Shown: in pieces, positions 18,663 through 28,459 of the stretch
Position numbering within the stretch: position 1 is the first letter of the stretch
Layout: each line of letters begins with the position of its first letter
DNA from: Candidatus Woesearchaeota archaeon
GTDB taxonomy: Archaea > Nanobdellota > Nanobdellia > Woesearchaeales > UBA11576
Reading direction: 5' to 3'
Assembly (NCBI GenBank): GCA_013203345.1
Contig: JABMQF010000032.1
Span: 1-52,657, forward strand
DNA length: 52,657 bases
The notes under the pieces: generated by a model
Told to the model about the DNA's origin: nothing
The model's database searches: none
What the model saw: the letters and a program-made list of their open reading frames with translations, nothing else
Program-made: the position numbers and the translations under genes

Positions 18663-21414
18663 ATTTATTCACACTCCCGAAGATAAAGCACGTCATAATA
18701 TTATCAATCCTATGCTGACCAAGGCAGGTTGGACTATTCAAGATTTTACGAATGCGAACATTAGAGCAGCAAAAGGCGTTGCTGTTGAATACTTTCATAT
18801 GGGTCAAGGTGTTGGCGAAGCAGATTATGTTCTATTTATAAATGGTTTTGCAGTTGGAATTATTGAAGCCAAAAAAGAAGGTGAAACATTAACTGGAAAA
18901 GAAATCCAATCAAGCAGATATGCAGAAGGTTTTCCCGAGCAGTTTAAAAGTGTCCCTTTACCACTCCCTTTTGTTTATGAAACATCAGGTTCAGAAACAC
19001 ACTTTACCAATCTTTGGGATCCCAAACCTCAAAGTAGAGCAGTGTTTAGTCTTCATAGACCTGAAACCTGTGAGAACTGGCTTGAAGAAGGTCACGAAAC
19101 ATTCAGGAAACGATTATCAACATCTCACGATTTACACAATGATACTCTTTGGCCTGCTCAAAAAACTGCAATAATCAATACTGAAAATTCGCTTGCTCAA
19201 TGGAAGCCAAAATCATTACTTCAAATGGCAACCGGAAGCGGTAAAACTTACACCGCTGTAAATATCTGTTATAGATTATTGAAAAATGCCAAAGCAAAAA
19301 GAATATTGTTCCTTGTAGATAGAGGAAACCTTGGTGAACAAACAGAAACAGAATTTCAAAAATTCTCAACACCAGACGATGGACGTAAATTTACAGAAAT
19401 ATACGGAGTTCAACGATTGACAAGTAATTTTATTGATAGTTCAAGTAAAGTCTGTATTTCCACCATTCAAAGAGTTTATTCAATGCTTCGAGGAGAAGAA
19501 CTTGACGAAACAGCAGAAGAGAAATCTGGTTTTGAGACGGGTCCTAACGAAGTAAAAACAGTAGAGTATAACGAGAAGATACCTATTGAAGAATTCGATA
19601 TGATAATTGTAGACGAATGTCATCGTTCTATTTATAATCAATGGAAACAAGTATTAGATTATTTTGACGCATTCTTACTTGGTTTAACTGCAACTCCTTC
19701 AATGCACACCATCGGATTCTTCAATCAAAATATGGTTATGGAATATGGACACGAAGCAGCAGTCGCAGATGGAGTGAATGTTGATTTTGGAGTTTACAGA
19801 ATCAAAACAAAAATCACAGAAGAAGGTTCAACCATAGATGCTGGAACGGTTATTCAAAAAAGAGATAAGCGAACCAGAAGAAAAAGATGGGAAACACTTG
19901 AAGAGGCAGAAGTATATGATAGTTCAAAACTTGACAGGTCAGTTGTAGCAACAAATCAAATAAGAACAGTAATTAGAACATTCAAAGACAAAATCTATAC
20001 TGAAATATTTCCTGGCAGAACAGTTATGCCAAAAACACTTATTTTTGCAAAAGATGATAATCACGCAGAAGAAATTGTTCAAATTGTTAGAGAAGAATTT
20101 GGAGAATCAAATAAATTCGCTGTTAAAATTACTTATAAGACAGAAGGAGAAACTCCAAAGAACCTTATTCAACAATTCAGAAATAGCTTCTATCCAAGAA
20201 TTGCTGTAACTGTTGATATGATTGCAACAGGAACAGACATCAAACCATTAGAAGTAGTTTTTTTTATGAGAGATATTCACAGCAGTAATTATTTTGAGCA
20301 AATGAAAGGACGTGGAGTTCGAGTAATGCCAAATGATGACTTTAAGGCTGTAACTCCCGATGCTATGGCAAAAGACCACTTTATTATTGTTGATGCGGTT
20401 GGCGTAACAGACGAAGGACACAAACTATCAGACAGCAAACCATTAGAACAAAAACCAGGAGTTTCATTTGAAAAGTTATTACAAAACATTAGATATGGAG
20501 ACCCAACAGATGAAGATTTATCATCTATGGCAAGTAGATTATCTCGCTTACAAAAGAAACTAAATGATACTCAAAAAGAAGAAATCTCAAAACTCTCTGG
20601 TGGAGCAGACTTAAAGTTCTTTGCCAAACTATTTGTTGATGCAATCAATGCAGACAACAATCTTGCAAAAGCAAAAGAGAAGTTTGGAGAAGAATTAACC
20701 ACAGACCAATTAAATGAAGTTTGTGCAGAATCCAGAAACGCTGCAATTACAGAGTTTTTAAATCACGGAGAACTTGTTTCAAGACTTCCTGAAATTAAAA
20801 AAGAAACAGAGATTATTATTGATGATGTGTCAGTTGATGAAGTACTAGATTCTGGCTTTTCAGAAGAATCTGCGGATAAAGCAAAACATAATATTGAGTC
20901 ATTCGAAAAATTCATTGAAGAGAACAAAGATGAACTAACAATCATTCAAGCATTTTACAATAATAAGAACTTGAAGTATTCTGACCTTAAAGAAATGGCT
21001 GATAAAATTCAAAATGCGCCTTACAAATTAACATCTCCTAAGTTATGGGATTCATACAAGGTTTGTGAAAAAGGAAAAGTTTATGGTTCCGCAAAAGGCA
21101 AAGTAGTTGATTTTGTATCATTATTAAGATTTGAATTAGGTAAAAATGAAACATTAGAACCTTTCGTTGTTACAGTTAATGAAAGATTTGCAAACTGGCT
21201 TTCTAAACAAAAAGCAATGGGCGTATCATTTAGCCAAGAACAGTTGAATTGGCTTGAAAAAATAAAAGAACACATTTCAGAATCAGTTGAAATCACAGCA
21301 GACGACTTTGATTTGGGCATCCTTGCTCAAATGGGCGGACTTGGAAAAGCATATCACATCTTTGGTGACAGATTGAACGGAATAATAGAAGAACTAAATG
21401 AATTGAGTGTATAG
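18655..21414 (+). CDS. hsdR: Type I restriction enzyme R subunit (EcoAI/EcoEI-like)
   Basis: ADYVL...IIEAKK nuclease motif; MATGSGKT; DECHRS; GLTATP; QMKGRG; ORF opens at 18649. Confidence 0.95.
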   Translation: MTEFIHTPEDKARHNIINPMLTKAGWTIQDFTNANIRAAKGVAVEYFHMGQGVGEADYVLFINGFAVGIIEAKKEGETLTGKEIQSSRYAEGFPEQFKSVPLPLPFVYETSGSETHFTNLWDPKPQSRAVFSLHRPETCENWLEEGHETFRKRLSTSHDLHNDTLWPAQKTAIINTENSLAQWKPKSLLQMATGSGKTYTAVNICYRLLKNAKAKRILFLVDRGNLGEQTETEFQKFSTPDDGRKFTEIYGVQRLTSNFIDSSSKVCISTIQRVYSMLRGEELDETAEEKSGFETGPNEVKTVEYNEKIPIEEFDMIIVDECHRSIYNQWKQVLDYFDAFLLGLTATPSMHTIGFFNQNMVMEYGHEAAVADGVNVDFGVYRIKTKITEEGSTIDAGTVIQKRDKRTRRKRWETLEEAEVYDSSKLDRSVVATNQIRTVIRTFKDKIYTEIFPGRTVMPKTLIFAKDDNHAEEIVQIVREEFGESNKFAVKITYKTEGETPKNLIQQFRNSFYPRIAVTVDMIATGTDIKPLEVVFFMRDIHSSNYFEQMKGRGVRVMPNDDFKAVTPDAMAKDHFIIVDAVGVTDEGHKLSDSKPLEQKPGVSFEKLLQNIRYGDPTDEDLSSMASRLSRLQKKLNDTQKEEISKLSGGADLKFFAKLFVDAINADNNLAKAKEKFGEELTTDQLNEVCAESRNAAITEFLNHGELVSRLPEIKKETEIIIDDVSVDEVLDSGFSEESADKAKHNIESFEKFIEENKDELTIIQAFYNNKNLKYSDLKEMADKIQNAPYKLTSPKLWDSYKVCEKGKVYGSAKGKVVDFVSLLRFELGKNETLEPFVVTVNERFANWLSKQKAMGVSFSQEQLNWLEKIKEHISESVEITADDFDLGILAQMGGLGKAYHIFGDRLNGIIEELNELSV

Positions 21415-21415
21415 G

Positions 21416-21568
21416 ATGGCAAGATTCAAGAAATACGGAAGATACTGGTATACTACTCGTGCAGAAGCAGAAGCGGCTCGAAGATTTAATGAACGTATAT
21501 ATTATGATGAAGGAATGAGAGCATATTATATTATTCGTCCTCAAAGTAAAGGGTTTTGGGGTTTCTAA
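21416..21568 (+). CDS. Unannotated 50-aa aromatic/basic protein MARFKKYGRYWYTTRAEAEAARRFNERIYYDEGMRAYYIIRPQSKGFWGF
   Basis: Fills the gap exactly: 1 nt after the hsdR stop and 1 nt before the next ATG. Confidence 0.7.
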   Translation: MARFKKYGRYWYTTRAEAEAARRFNERIYYDEGMRAYYIIRPQSKGFWGF

Positions 21569-21569
21569 A

Positions 21570-22070
21570 ATGGTGAGTAAAAAGAATAATGATATTTGGA
21601 AATACATTAGCCATTTGCAAAAGTTGGGAGATATTTATCAAAAAGATTTTGAAAAAGATAATAAAAAAATATCTGAAAAACTTAATTCTATCAAATTACA
21701 TCTCAATAGAAAGAAAGAGTCTAAATTAGACATTACTTCACTAAACACCTTTTGCATAGAAGAATGGAAAAAAGCAATTGAATTAGCAATAAAATCACTT
21801 ATTGAAACAGTAGACAAAAGAAAAACAAGAGGTTCTGAATTCTCAGATATCAAATTTCAATTAAATAAATTAAAAGAAGACATCCAAATTGAAGAATTTG
21901 AAATGGATAAATATGAAAATATGTACGAAAATGATCTCAAAGGATTCAAAGAACAAATTAAAGAGAAAATGGATATTGAAAAATTCAATAATAAACGATT
22001 CTGGTGGGGACTTGCTATTGGTGCGACATTAGGAATTATAGGGACGATACTTCTAGGGGTGTTTGTTTAA
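21570..22070 (+). CDS. Helical protein with C-terminal TM anchor, inside the R-M operon
   Basis: Charged helical body, tail FWWGLAIGATLGIIGTILLGVFV; stop overlaps hsdS ATG. Confidence 0.75.
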   Translation: MVSKKNNDIWKYISHLQKLGDIYQKDFEKDNKKISEKLNSIKLHLNRKKESKLDITSLNTFCIEEWKKAIELAIKSLIETVDKRKTRGSEFSDIKFQLNKLKEDIQIEEFEMDKYENMYENDLKGFKEQIKEKMDIEKFNNKRFWWGLAIGATLGIIGTILLGVFV

Positions 22071-23335
22071 TGTCATTATCAGTCACTGTGGAAGAATTAG
22101 TTCAGAAGAATGAAAAGAACCTTCTTGCTAAGAAAGAAAATTGGAGTAGAATCCAAATTAAAGAAATTGCAGATATACTTAACGGATTTGCATTTAAGTC
22201 ATCTCAGTTTCAGAAATCAGAAGAAGGAATGCCACTTATTCGAATTAGAGATATCACAAAATCAATAACTGTGGTTAATTATCTTGGAGACTATGATAAA
22301 TCATATATTGTATCAGAAGGAGATATTCTTATTGGAATGGATGGAGATTTCAATATTGCAATTTGGAAAGGAAAAGATGCTTTACTAAATCAGCGAGTAT
22401 GTAAAATAACTGTTGATGAAACAAAATTTAACAAAAAATTATTTTTTTATATTCTACCAGGATACTTACAGGCAATACACAATTCAACATCGGCAGTTAC
22501 AGTCAAACATTTATCTTCAAGGGATATTGCAAAAATACCTCTTCCAAATCCATCTCTGCCTGAACAAGAACTTATTGTTGCAGAAATTGAAACACAATTC
22601 ACAAGATTAGATTCTGCAATTGAAAGTTTGCAGACTATCAAGAATAAACTTGAAATTTATAGACAGAGTATTTTAAAAAAATCTTTTTCTGGAAATATGG
22701 AGACCATTGAAAAAAAATTTTCTCTACAAAAATTAGGAACATTAACAAAAATAATTACTAAAGGTGCATCTCCAAGGTGGCAAGGAATAAATTATACAGA
22801 GAATCCAGATTTATTATTTATTACAAGCGAGAATGTTAGAGATGGAAAAATAGATCTAACTAAAACTAAATATTTGGAGTTGGAGTTTAATAAAAAGCAA
22901 AAGAGATCAATCTTAGAAAAAGGAGATGTGTTATTGAATATTGTGGGTGCCTCAATAGGAAGAGCGGCAATATACAATTTGAGCAATTTAGCAAATATAA
23001 ATCAAGCAGTAGCCCTTATAAGATTATTAGATAAAAAATATAACAAATATCTTTGTTATTATCTAAATTCAAATGACGCATTAGCATATTATACAAATAA
23101 AAAAGTCGATGTCGCGAGAGCAAATTTGAGTTTAAAGGATATTTCAGAAATGGATATACCCACATTCAAATGGGAAGAAACAGAAAAAATTATTGAATTT
23201 ATAGAATCTCAATTCTCCGTTATTGACAAACTTAAAGAGACTATTGAGGATTCTTTACTTAAAGCGGAGACTTTGAGAAAATCAATTTTAAAATCTGCCT
23301 TCGAGGGCAAGTTAGTGAGGTATGATGATGACTGA
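22070..23335 (+). CDS. hsdS: Type I R-M specificity subunit
   Basis: Two TRDs (GDILIG..LLNQRV; GDVLL..INQAV), PLPNPSLPEQELIV, SILKSAFEGKL; ATG 22070 within ORF from 22004. Confidence 0.95.
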   Translation: MSLSVTVEELVQKNEKNLLAKKENWSRIQIKEIADILNGFAFKSSQFQKSEEGMPLIRIRDITKSITVVNYLGDYDKSYIVSEGDILIGMDGDFNIAIWKGKDALLNQRVCKITVDETKFNKKLFFYILPGYLQAIHNSTSAVTVKHLSSRDIAKIPLPNPSLPEQELIVAEIETQFTRLDSAIESLQTIKNKLEIYRQSILKKSFSGNMETIEKKFSLQKLGTLTKIITKGASPRWQGINYTENPDLLFITSENVRDGKIDLTKTKYLELEFNKKQKRSILEKGDVLLNIVGASIGRAAIYNLSNLANINQAVALIRLLDKKYNKYLCYYLNSNDALAYYTNKKVDVARANLSLKDISEMDIPTFKWEETEKIIEFIESQFSVIDKLKETIEDSLLKAETLRKSILKSAFEGKLVRYDDD

Positions 23336-24812
23336 TGCAAAACAATTAGTAAATAAATTATGGAGTTATTGTAACATTTTAAGAGATGATGGTTTATCCT
23401 ATGGCGATTATGTTGAACAATTAACATTTCTACTTTTCTTAAAGATGGACGATGAACGAACAAAGCCACCTTTCAACAAAGAATCAAAAGTTCCAAAAGA
23501 ATTCAATTGGGAGACTCTTGTGAAATGCGATGGTGTTGAATTAGAAACCCAATATAGGAAAACCTTAGAAGGTCTTGGAAAGGAAAAAGGTATTGTTGGA
23601 GTTATTTTTAGAAAATCACAGAATAAAATTCAAGATCCTGCCAAATTAAAAAAACTGATTATTGAACTTATTGCAAAAGAGAACTGGCTTTCACTTGACG
23701 TTGATCTGAAAGGAGATGCTTATGAAGGTCTTTTAGAAAAGAACGCTTCCGATGTTAAAGGTGGAGCAGGACAATACTTTACCCCAAGAGTCTTAATTGA
23801 TGCGATGGTTGAAGTAATGCAACCAAAACCAGGACAGAAGATTCACGACCCGTGTTGTGGAACTGGTGGATTCTTATTATCAGCATACAACTATATTTTA
23901 AAACATAATAAACTTGACAGAGATCAACTGATTAAATTAAAATCTGAACATTTTTCAGGTGTTGAAATTGTTCCAATGGCTGCACGCCTATGTGTTATGA
24001 ATATGTATTTGCACGGAGTTGCAAACGAAGAAAGCCCGATTGATTTAAACGATGCATTGAAAGAAAATCCAGGTCCGAATCAAGATATGGTTTTAACAAA
24101 TCCGCCTTTTGGAAAGAAATCATCTGATACAATAATTACAGAAGATGGAAAAACAGAAAAGAAAAACCTAACTATTACAAGAGATGATTTCTGGGTTTCA
24201 TCTGGGAACAAACAACTTAACTTTTTACAACACATAAAGAGTATTCTAAAAATAAATGGTTCTGCGGCAGTAGTTCTTCCTGATAACGTATTATTTGAAG
24301 GTGGAGCAGGAGAAACAGTTAGAAAGAAGTTAATGGAAACTTGCGATTTACATACTATATTAAGATTACCAACAGGGATATTTTATGCACAAGGAGTTAA
24401 AGCAAATGTTCTTTTCTTTGAAAAGAAAGGAGCATCACCTGACGCTCAGACAAAAGAAGTTTGGTTTTACGATTTGAGAACAAACGTCCATTTCACACCA
24501 AAAGAAAATCCGTTCAAATTTGATGATTTAAAAGATTTCATCGAGTGTTATAATCCAAAGAATAGATACGAAAGAAAAGAAACCTATTCAGAAGAGAACC
24601 CAGAAGGAAAATGGAGAAAATATGCTTATGAAGAAATTCTCAAACGAGATAAAACAAATCTTGACATATTCTGGGTTAAAGACAAGAGTTTAGATGATTT
24701 AGACAATCTTCCAAAACCAAATGTAATTGCACAAGAGTTAGTAGATGACTTAACAAGTGCATTAGAAGAGTTAAAATCAATATCTGATGATTTAGGAGAT
24801 GATGAAAAATGA
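23322..24812 (+). CDS. hsdM: Type I R-M N6-adenine methyltransferase
   Basis: GQYFTPR, DPCCGTGGF, TNPPF, LRLPTGIFYAQGVKANV. Confidence 0.95.
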   Translation: MMMTDAKQLVNKLWSYCNILRDDGLSYGDYVEQLTFLLFLKMDDERTKPPFNKESKVPKEFNWETLVKCDGVELETQYRKTLEGLGKEKGIVGVIFRKSQNKIQDPAKLKKLIIELIAKENWLSLDVDLKGDAYEGLLEKNASDVKGGAGQYFTPRVLIDAMVEVMQPKPGQKIHDPCCGTGGFLLSAYNYILKHNKLDRDQLIKLKSEHFSGVEIVPMAARLCVMNMYLHGVANEESPIDLNDALKENPGPNQDMVLTNPPFGKKSSDTIITEDGKTEKKNLTITRDDFWVSSGNKQLNFLQHIKSILKINGSAAVVLPDNVLFEGGAGETVRKKLMETCDLHTILRLPTGIFYAQGVKANVLFFEKKGASPDAQTKEVWFYDLRTNVHFTPKENPFKFDDLKDFIECYNPKNRYERKETYSEENPEGKWRKYAYEEILKRDKTNLDIFWVKDKSLDDLDNLPKPNVIAQELVDDLTSALEELKSISDDLGDDEK

Positions 24813-25648
24813 TTGGAAGAACTATTGAAATATACTTACCCAATGCAAATCCAAGAGGAGTAAGAGAATGCACCATAATGGACAGCATCACAAAAGCAAT
24901 AGTTGTTCCAAGACCCAAATTAGGGGATGTAACAAAAAGAGATGACTTGCAAGATCCAGGAGTATATTTTCTTGTTGGTGAATCTGATGATTTGGGTAAG
25001 CCAGAGATTTACATTGGGGAAGCAGAGCAACTTATTAAAAGATTAAAACAACATAATAGTTCAAAGGAATTCTGGCAAACAGCCATTTGTTTTGTATCTG
25101 TTAAACATAATCTTAACAAAGCACACATAAAGTTTCTTGAAAACCATTGCTGCGAAATTGCAAAAGAAACAAACAGATGTTCTTTACATAACAGCAACAC
25201 ACCAACAAAATCCTCTTTAACAAATAAAGATAGAGATTTCGTTTTAAGATTCTTTGAAGAATTAAAAATTATTATTGGAACATTAGGATTTCCTATTTTT
25301 GAATCAATTAGAAAAGAAAAGAAAAATATGATTTATTGTAAAGGGAAAGATGCAGATGCACAAGGAACTTATTCAGAAGATGGATTATTAGTTTTTAAAG
25401 GTTCAAAAGCCAATCTTGAAGAATCTGAAAGTGCAGGTCCTTGGGTCTTGAATATGCGTTCTAAACTTAAAGAACAAAAAATCTTATTTGAAAGAGAAGG
25501 AGTTCTGGTATTTTCATCAGACCACTTGTTCAATTCACCAAGTGCGGCAGCAGCAGTTATTCTTGCAAGAAGAGCAAATGGCTGGACTGAATGGAAAACC
25601 AAAGATAAGAAAACAATCGATGAAGTGATAAGAAAAAAAGCAAAATGA
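24809..25648 (+). CDS. GIY-YIG nuclease with C-terminal DUF4357
   Basis: GVYFLVG...IYIGE...RLKQH; FNSPSAAA..ILARRANGWTEWK. Confidence 0.85.
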   Translation: MIGRTIEIYLPNANPRGVRECTIMDSITKAIVVPRPKLGDVTKRDDLQDPGVYFLVGESDDLGKPEIYIGEAEQLIKRLKQHNSSKEFWQTAICFVSVKHNLNKAHIKFLENHCCEIAKETNRCSLHNSNTPTKSSLTNKDRDFVLRFFEELKIIIGTLGFPIFESIRKEKKNMIYCKGKDADAQGTYSEDGLLVFKGSKANLEESESAGPWVLNMRSKLKEQKILFEREGVLVFSSDHLFNSPSAAAAVILARRANGWTEWKTKDKKTIDEVIRKKAK

Positions 25649-26010
25649 CCAGCCTACCAAGTCCAAATTTATGAACAATCTTCAATGTCCTAAACTACTA
25701 TGGAGGTCAAATCAAAAGACTCTCCCTGAAATTACTCTTTCTGATGAGTATAAGTTTGCACAAGGTCACGATTTTGAGAAATATGTCAAAATGCTTTATC
25801 CAGATGGTATTGAACTTCGCGAATTAGATTTTAAAGAAAATATCGAGAAAAAGCAATTGATGAAAGAAAAATAATCTTTGAAGCAGGTTTTTAAGTTGGC
25901 GAATAGTTCGTTCGTTCCGACCTTTTAGAGCCTGTTGAATGTGTTGGAGATTTATGCGAGATTAAATCTCCTTTCGAATTTGAACCAGTTCATTTTCCAG
26001 ATCTTGCATT
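25645..26010 (+). pseudogene. Frameshifted/truncated DUF2779 paralog
   Basis: TKSKFMNNLQCPKLLW...QGH...DFKENI matches the N-terminus of 14847-16295; downstream frames contain fragments such as IFEAGF and EIKS with stops. Confidence 0.75.
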
Positions 26011-26223
26011 TTAAAAGTTTATTTTAGAAAAGGCGGGATATGCCACATGTTCTGTTTCAATGAACTGTACTTCACCACCGCATCTCATGCAGACATCTAT
26101 GGCTGATACCAGTTTGCATTTCTTGCATAATGCAGGCCTTCTTGTTCCTGGCCCAAAACCGCATCCTATGCTTAACCCAACTGTATACCCACATCCACAC
26201 TTAGCGTTCATTAGCATACCCAT
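26011..26223 (-). CDS. Small Cys-rich Zn-ribbon-like protein, possibly truncated
   Basis: CGC...CKKC...CMRC. Confidence 0.55.
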   Translation of the reverse strand: MGMLMNAKCGCGYTVGLSIGCGFGPGTRRPALCKKCKLVSAIDVCMRCGGEVQFIETEHVAYPAFSKINF

Positions 26224-26382
26224 GCATAACAGTTATGATTTACTTTCTTATAACCATTTCGTAGAACTTTTAAAACAATTTTGTACAATTTCTATTAGAT
26301 GTAAATATAATTATTACATTTTCACCACCCAAGAATACTAACAAACCATAACGTTTATTAACCTCCCCAACTTACCAAACCC

Positions 26383-27117
26383 ATGAAACTGACCATCTGT
26401 GCCAACATTTACGACGATTTAGAGTCATTAGTAAAACTAACCAAAAAGGCCCAAGGAGACTATATTCTAATAGCAGGCGACCTCTGCCTAAGACCTTACA
26501 CCAGACGTCAGTTAGAAACCCTTTGGAATGGGTTTATAGAAGCAAAAAGACAACACGTACAAAAAACATACACTGAAATGAAACAGGCATTAGGCAACAA
26601 ACCTTACTTTGTAATCCCAGGTAATTACGATTCAGATATAGATATTGAAGCTGTCTTTAAAGACAAAAACCTTCACAAAAAAAGTTCAACAATTGGAAGT
26701 TCAACAATCACAGGATACGGAGGAGCTTTAGAAAACCCACCACATATCAAATTGCTAGAAAAATTAGGAGATATTGAACAGTTCAAGGATTATGACATTC
26801 ACAAATTTCTAGAAGAAACAACCACAGATATACTGATAACCCATGAAGCTCCAGAAGATGATAACCATATTGGCTCTCAAGCAATAACGCAATATATAGA
26901 AACAAACCAGCCAAGATTAGTGATCTGCGGCAATACCCAAGAAGCTATTCCATCAAGCAAACAATACAAAAAAACTACAGTAGTCAACCCAGGCAATTTA
27001 GGTAAGTTTGAATTAATCAACCCACACGATCTAAAAACTATAACAAGCTTTGATCACGGAACCTATGCTGAGATTGACTTTGAAGATGAAATCAAAGTAG
27101 ACTTTTATTCTATCTAA
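26383..27117 (+). CDS. Degenerate metallophosphoesterase, paralog of 6668-7486
   Basis: Shares DLESLV, IAGDL, VIPGNYD, PPHI, VVNPGNLG, SFD; SDIHG is ANIYD and GHIHE is GNTQE. Confidence 0.8.
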   Translation: MKLTICANIYDDLESLVKLTKKAQGDYILIAGDLCLRPYTRRQLETLWNGFIEAKRQHVQKTYTEMKQALGNKPYFVIPGNYDSDIDIEAVFKDKNLHKKSSTIGSSTITGYGGALENPPHIKLLEKLGDIEQFKDYDIHKFLEETTTDILITHEAPEDDNHIGSQAITQYIETNQPRLVICGNTQEAIPSSKQYKKTTVVNPGNLGKFELINPHDLKTITSFDHGTYAEIDFEDEIKVDFYSI

Positions 27118-27179
27118 CTTAAGAAACACCAACCCACCCTATAGCAGGAATTATCCCTGCCGTTGTTTTTAACTGATTT

Positions 27180-27824
27180 TCAGAGTCTGAATCCATTTTT
27201 ATGAGCCTCAATTATCAATTGGTAATATATATCTTGGTTAAAAAACAGCAGATGCTTTCTATATATCTGTTTTCCAAGATTTTCTTCTTTTCTTAGAAGC
27301 ATTTTTTTGAACTCATTAAAAGTGATATAGTGTTCATCTACAGAAACTGCATGGTTTAACTTGATCTCATTAAAATATGGTTTGATTCGTTTGGCAGCAC
27401 TTTTTGCGTCTATTAAAAAACATAAGTCCAGATCAGACCCTTTTTTTTGTTTTCCTTGCGAAAAACTGCCAAAAACAATAAGACAATAATTCTTTAGATG
27501 TATGCTAGTGATTGTTTCCTGGATTAAATCCAACTGTGGGAAATCCAGACCCCTCTGCGCCTCCAGATATTGCAGAAAATGGATAGTATTAGGATTATTG
27601 ATGTTTAAGGAGTATATGTTCATATTACCTTTTCGACTTAGAATCAGTAACTTGTGTTTTGATAATATTTTTAACGTGTTAAAAACCCAGGGCTTAGACT
27701 TTTTTCCTGCCAATTTCATTATTTCTGCAATGCCGTATTCACTAAATAGGTTATCATTCCAGATTTCAAGCAGTTTTATTCTTTCATTAGGGATTAATCG
27801 GTCCATAACACCCATAAAAAGCAT
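27180..27824 (-). CDS. wHTH plus minimal nucleotidyltransferase (MntA-like)
   Basis: VFGSFSQGKQKKGSDLDL motif; N-terminal HTH-like region. Confidence 0.85.
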   Translation of the reverse strand: MLFMGVMDRLIPNERIKLLEIWNDNLFSEYGIAEIMKLAGKKSKPWVFNTLKILSKHKLLILSRKGNMNIYSLNINNPNTIHFLQYLEAQRGLDFPQLDLIQETITSIHLKNYCLIVFGSFSQGKQKKGSDLDLCFLIDAKSAAKRIKPYFNEIKLNHAVSVDEHYITFNEFKKMLLRKEENLGKQIYRKHLLFFNQDIYYQLIIEAHKNGFRL

Positions 27825-27873
27825 TACTTATTTAAATAACTATCGTTATTTTTTAAAGTATAGGTAGCAATAA

Positions 27874-28015
27874 CTAAAAGTTTGACAATAATCTATACGC
27901 AAGCCCTATCCCCTACCTAAAGGTAGGGGTATTACGGGCTTGCAAATTGATTGTCAAACTTTTAGGGATTACAAATTGCACCCTAAAGGGAGGGGTATTG
28001 AACCCGTGCAATTTG
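27874..28015. mobile_element. IS200/IS605-end-like or REP/MITE-like double hairpin element
   Basis: Long inverted repeat 27874-27965 centred on CCCCTACCT-AA-AGGTAGGGG; second unit CAAATTGCAC...CCTAAAGGGAGGGGTATT...GTGCAATTTG; no transposase in window. Confidence 0.55.
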
Positions 28016-28106
28016 AAATAAGAGCATGCTCGATAACTTATCAAAACAATTAAAAAATAAAACTCCACGCCAAAACAATTAAGAACACCAAACCCCTAAC
28101 AACAAT

Positions 28107-28355
28107 ATGCAATCATTACAGACAATAGTCAACAATGAACTTCTCAACCACTGGTGTCAACACTTACCAGAATGCAAAACATTCATCAACAATTTCTTCA
28201 GTTCCTGCAAAGATTACACCCAACAGACCAATTTCATCAATTACATGTATGACCTGGAGCTCGAGTCAGAAGTAAATCCAGGACGGAAAAAATATGAAAG
28301 CTATTTGATCCAGGCATTCATAGATATAACAGGGTCTTGTCAAGATAGAGTTTAA
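28107..28355 (+). CDS. Hypothetical protein
   Basis: 82-aa ORF, no recognised motif. Confidence 0.55.
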   Translation: MQSLQTIVNNELLNHWCQHLPECKTFINNFFSSCKDYTQQTNFINYMYDLELESEVNPGRKKYESYLIQAFIDITGSCQDRV

Positions 28356-28459
28356 GTAATTTCACCGCCAGCTCAAACCCCATTCTACACAACTTAAAAT
28401 AGGAACATTTAAATATACACCATATATATCATATATAAAATATACATAATATACGCAAA

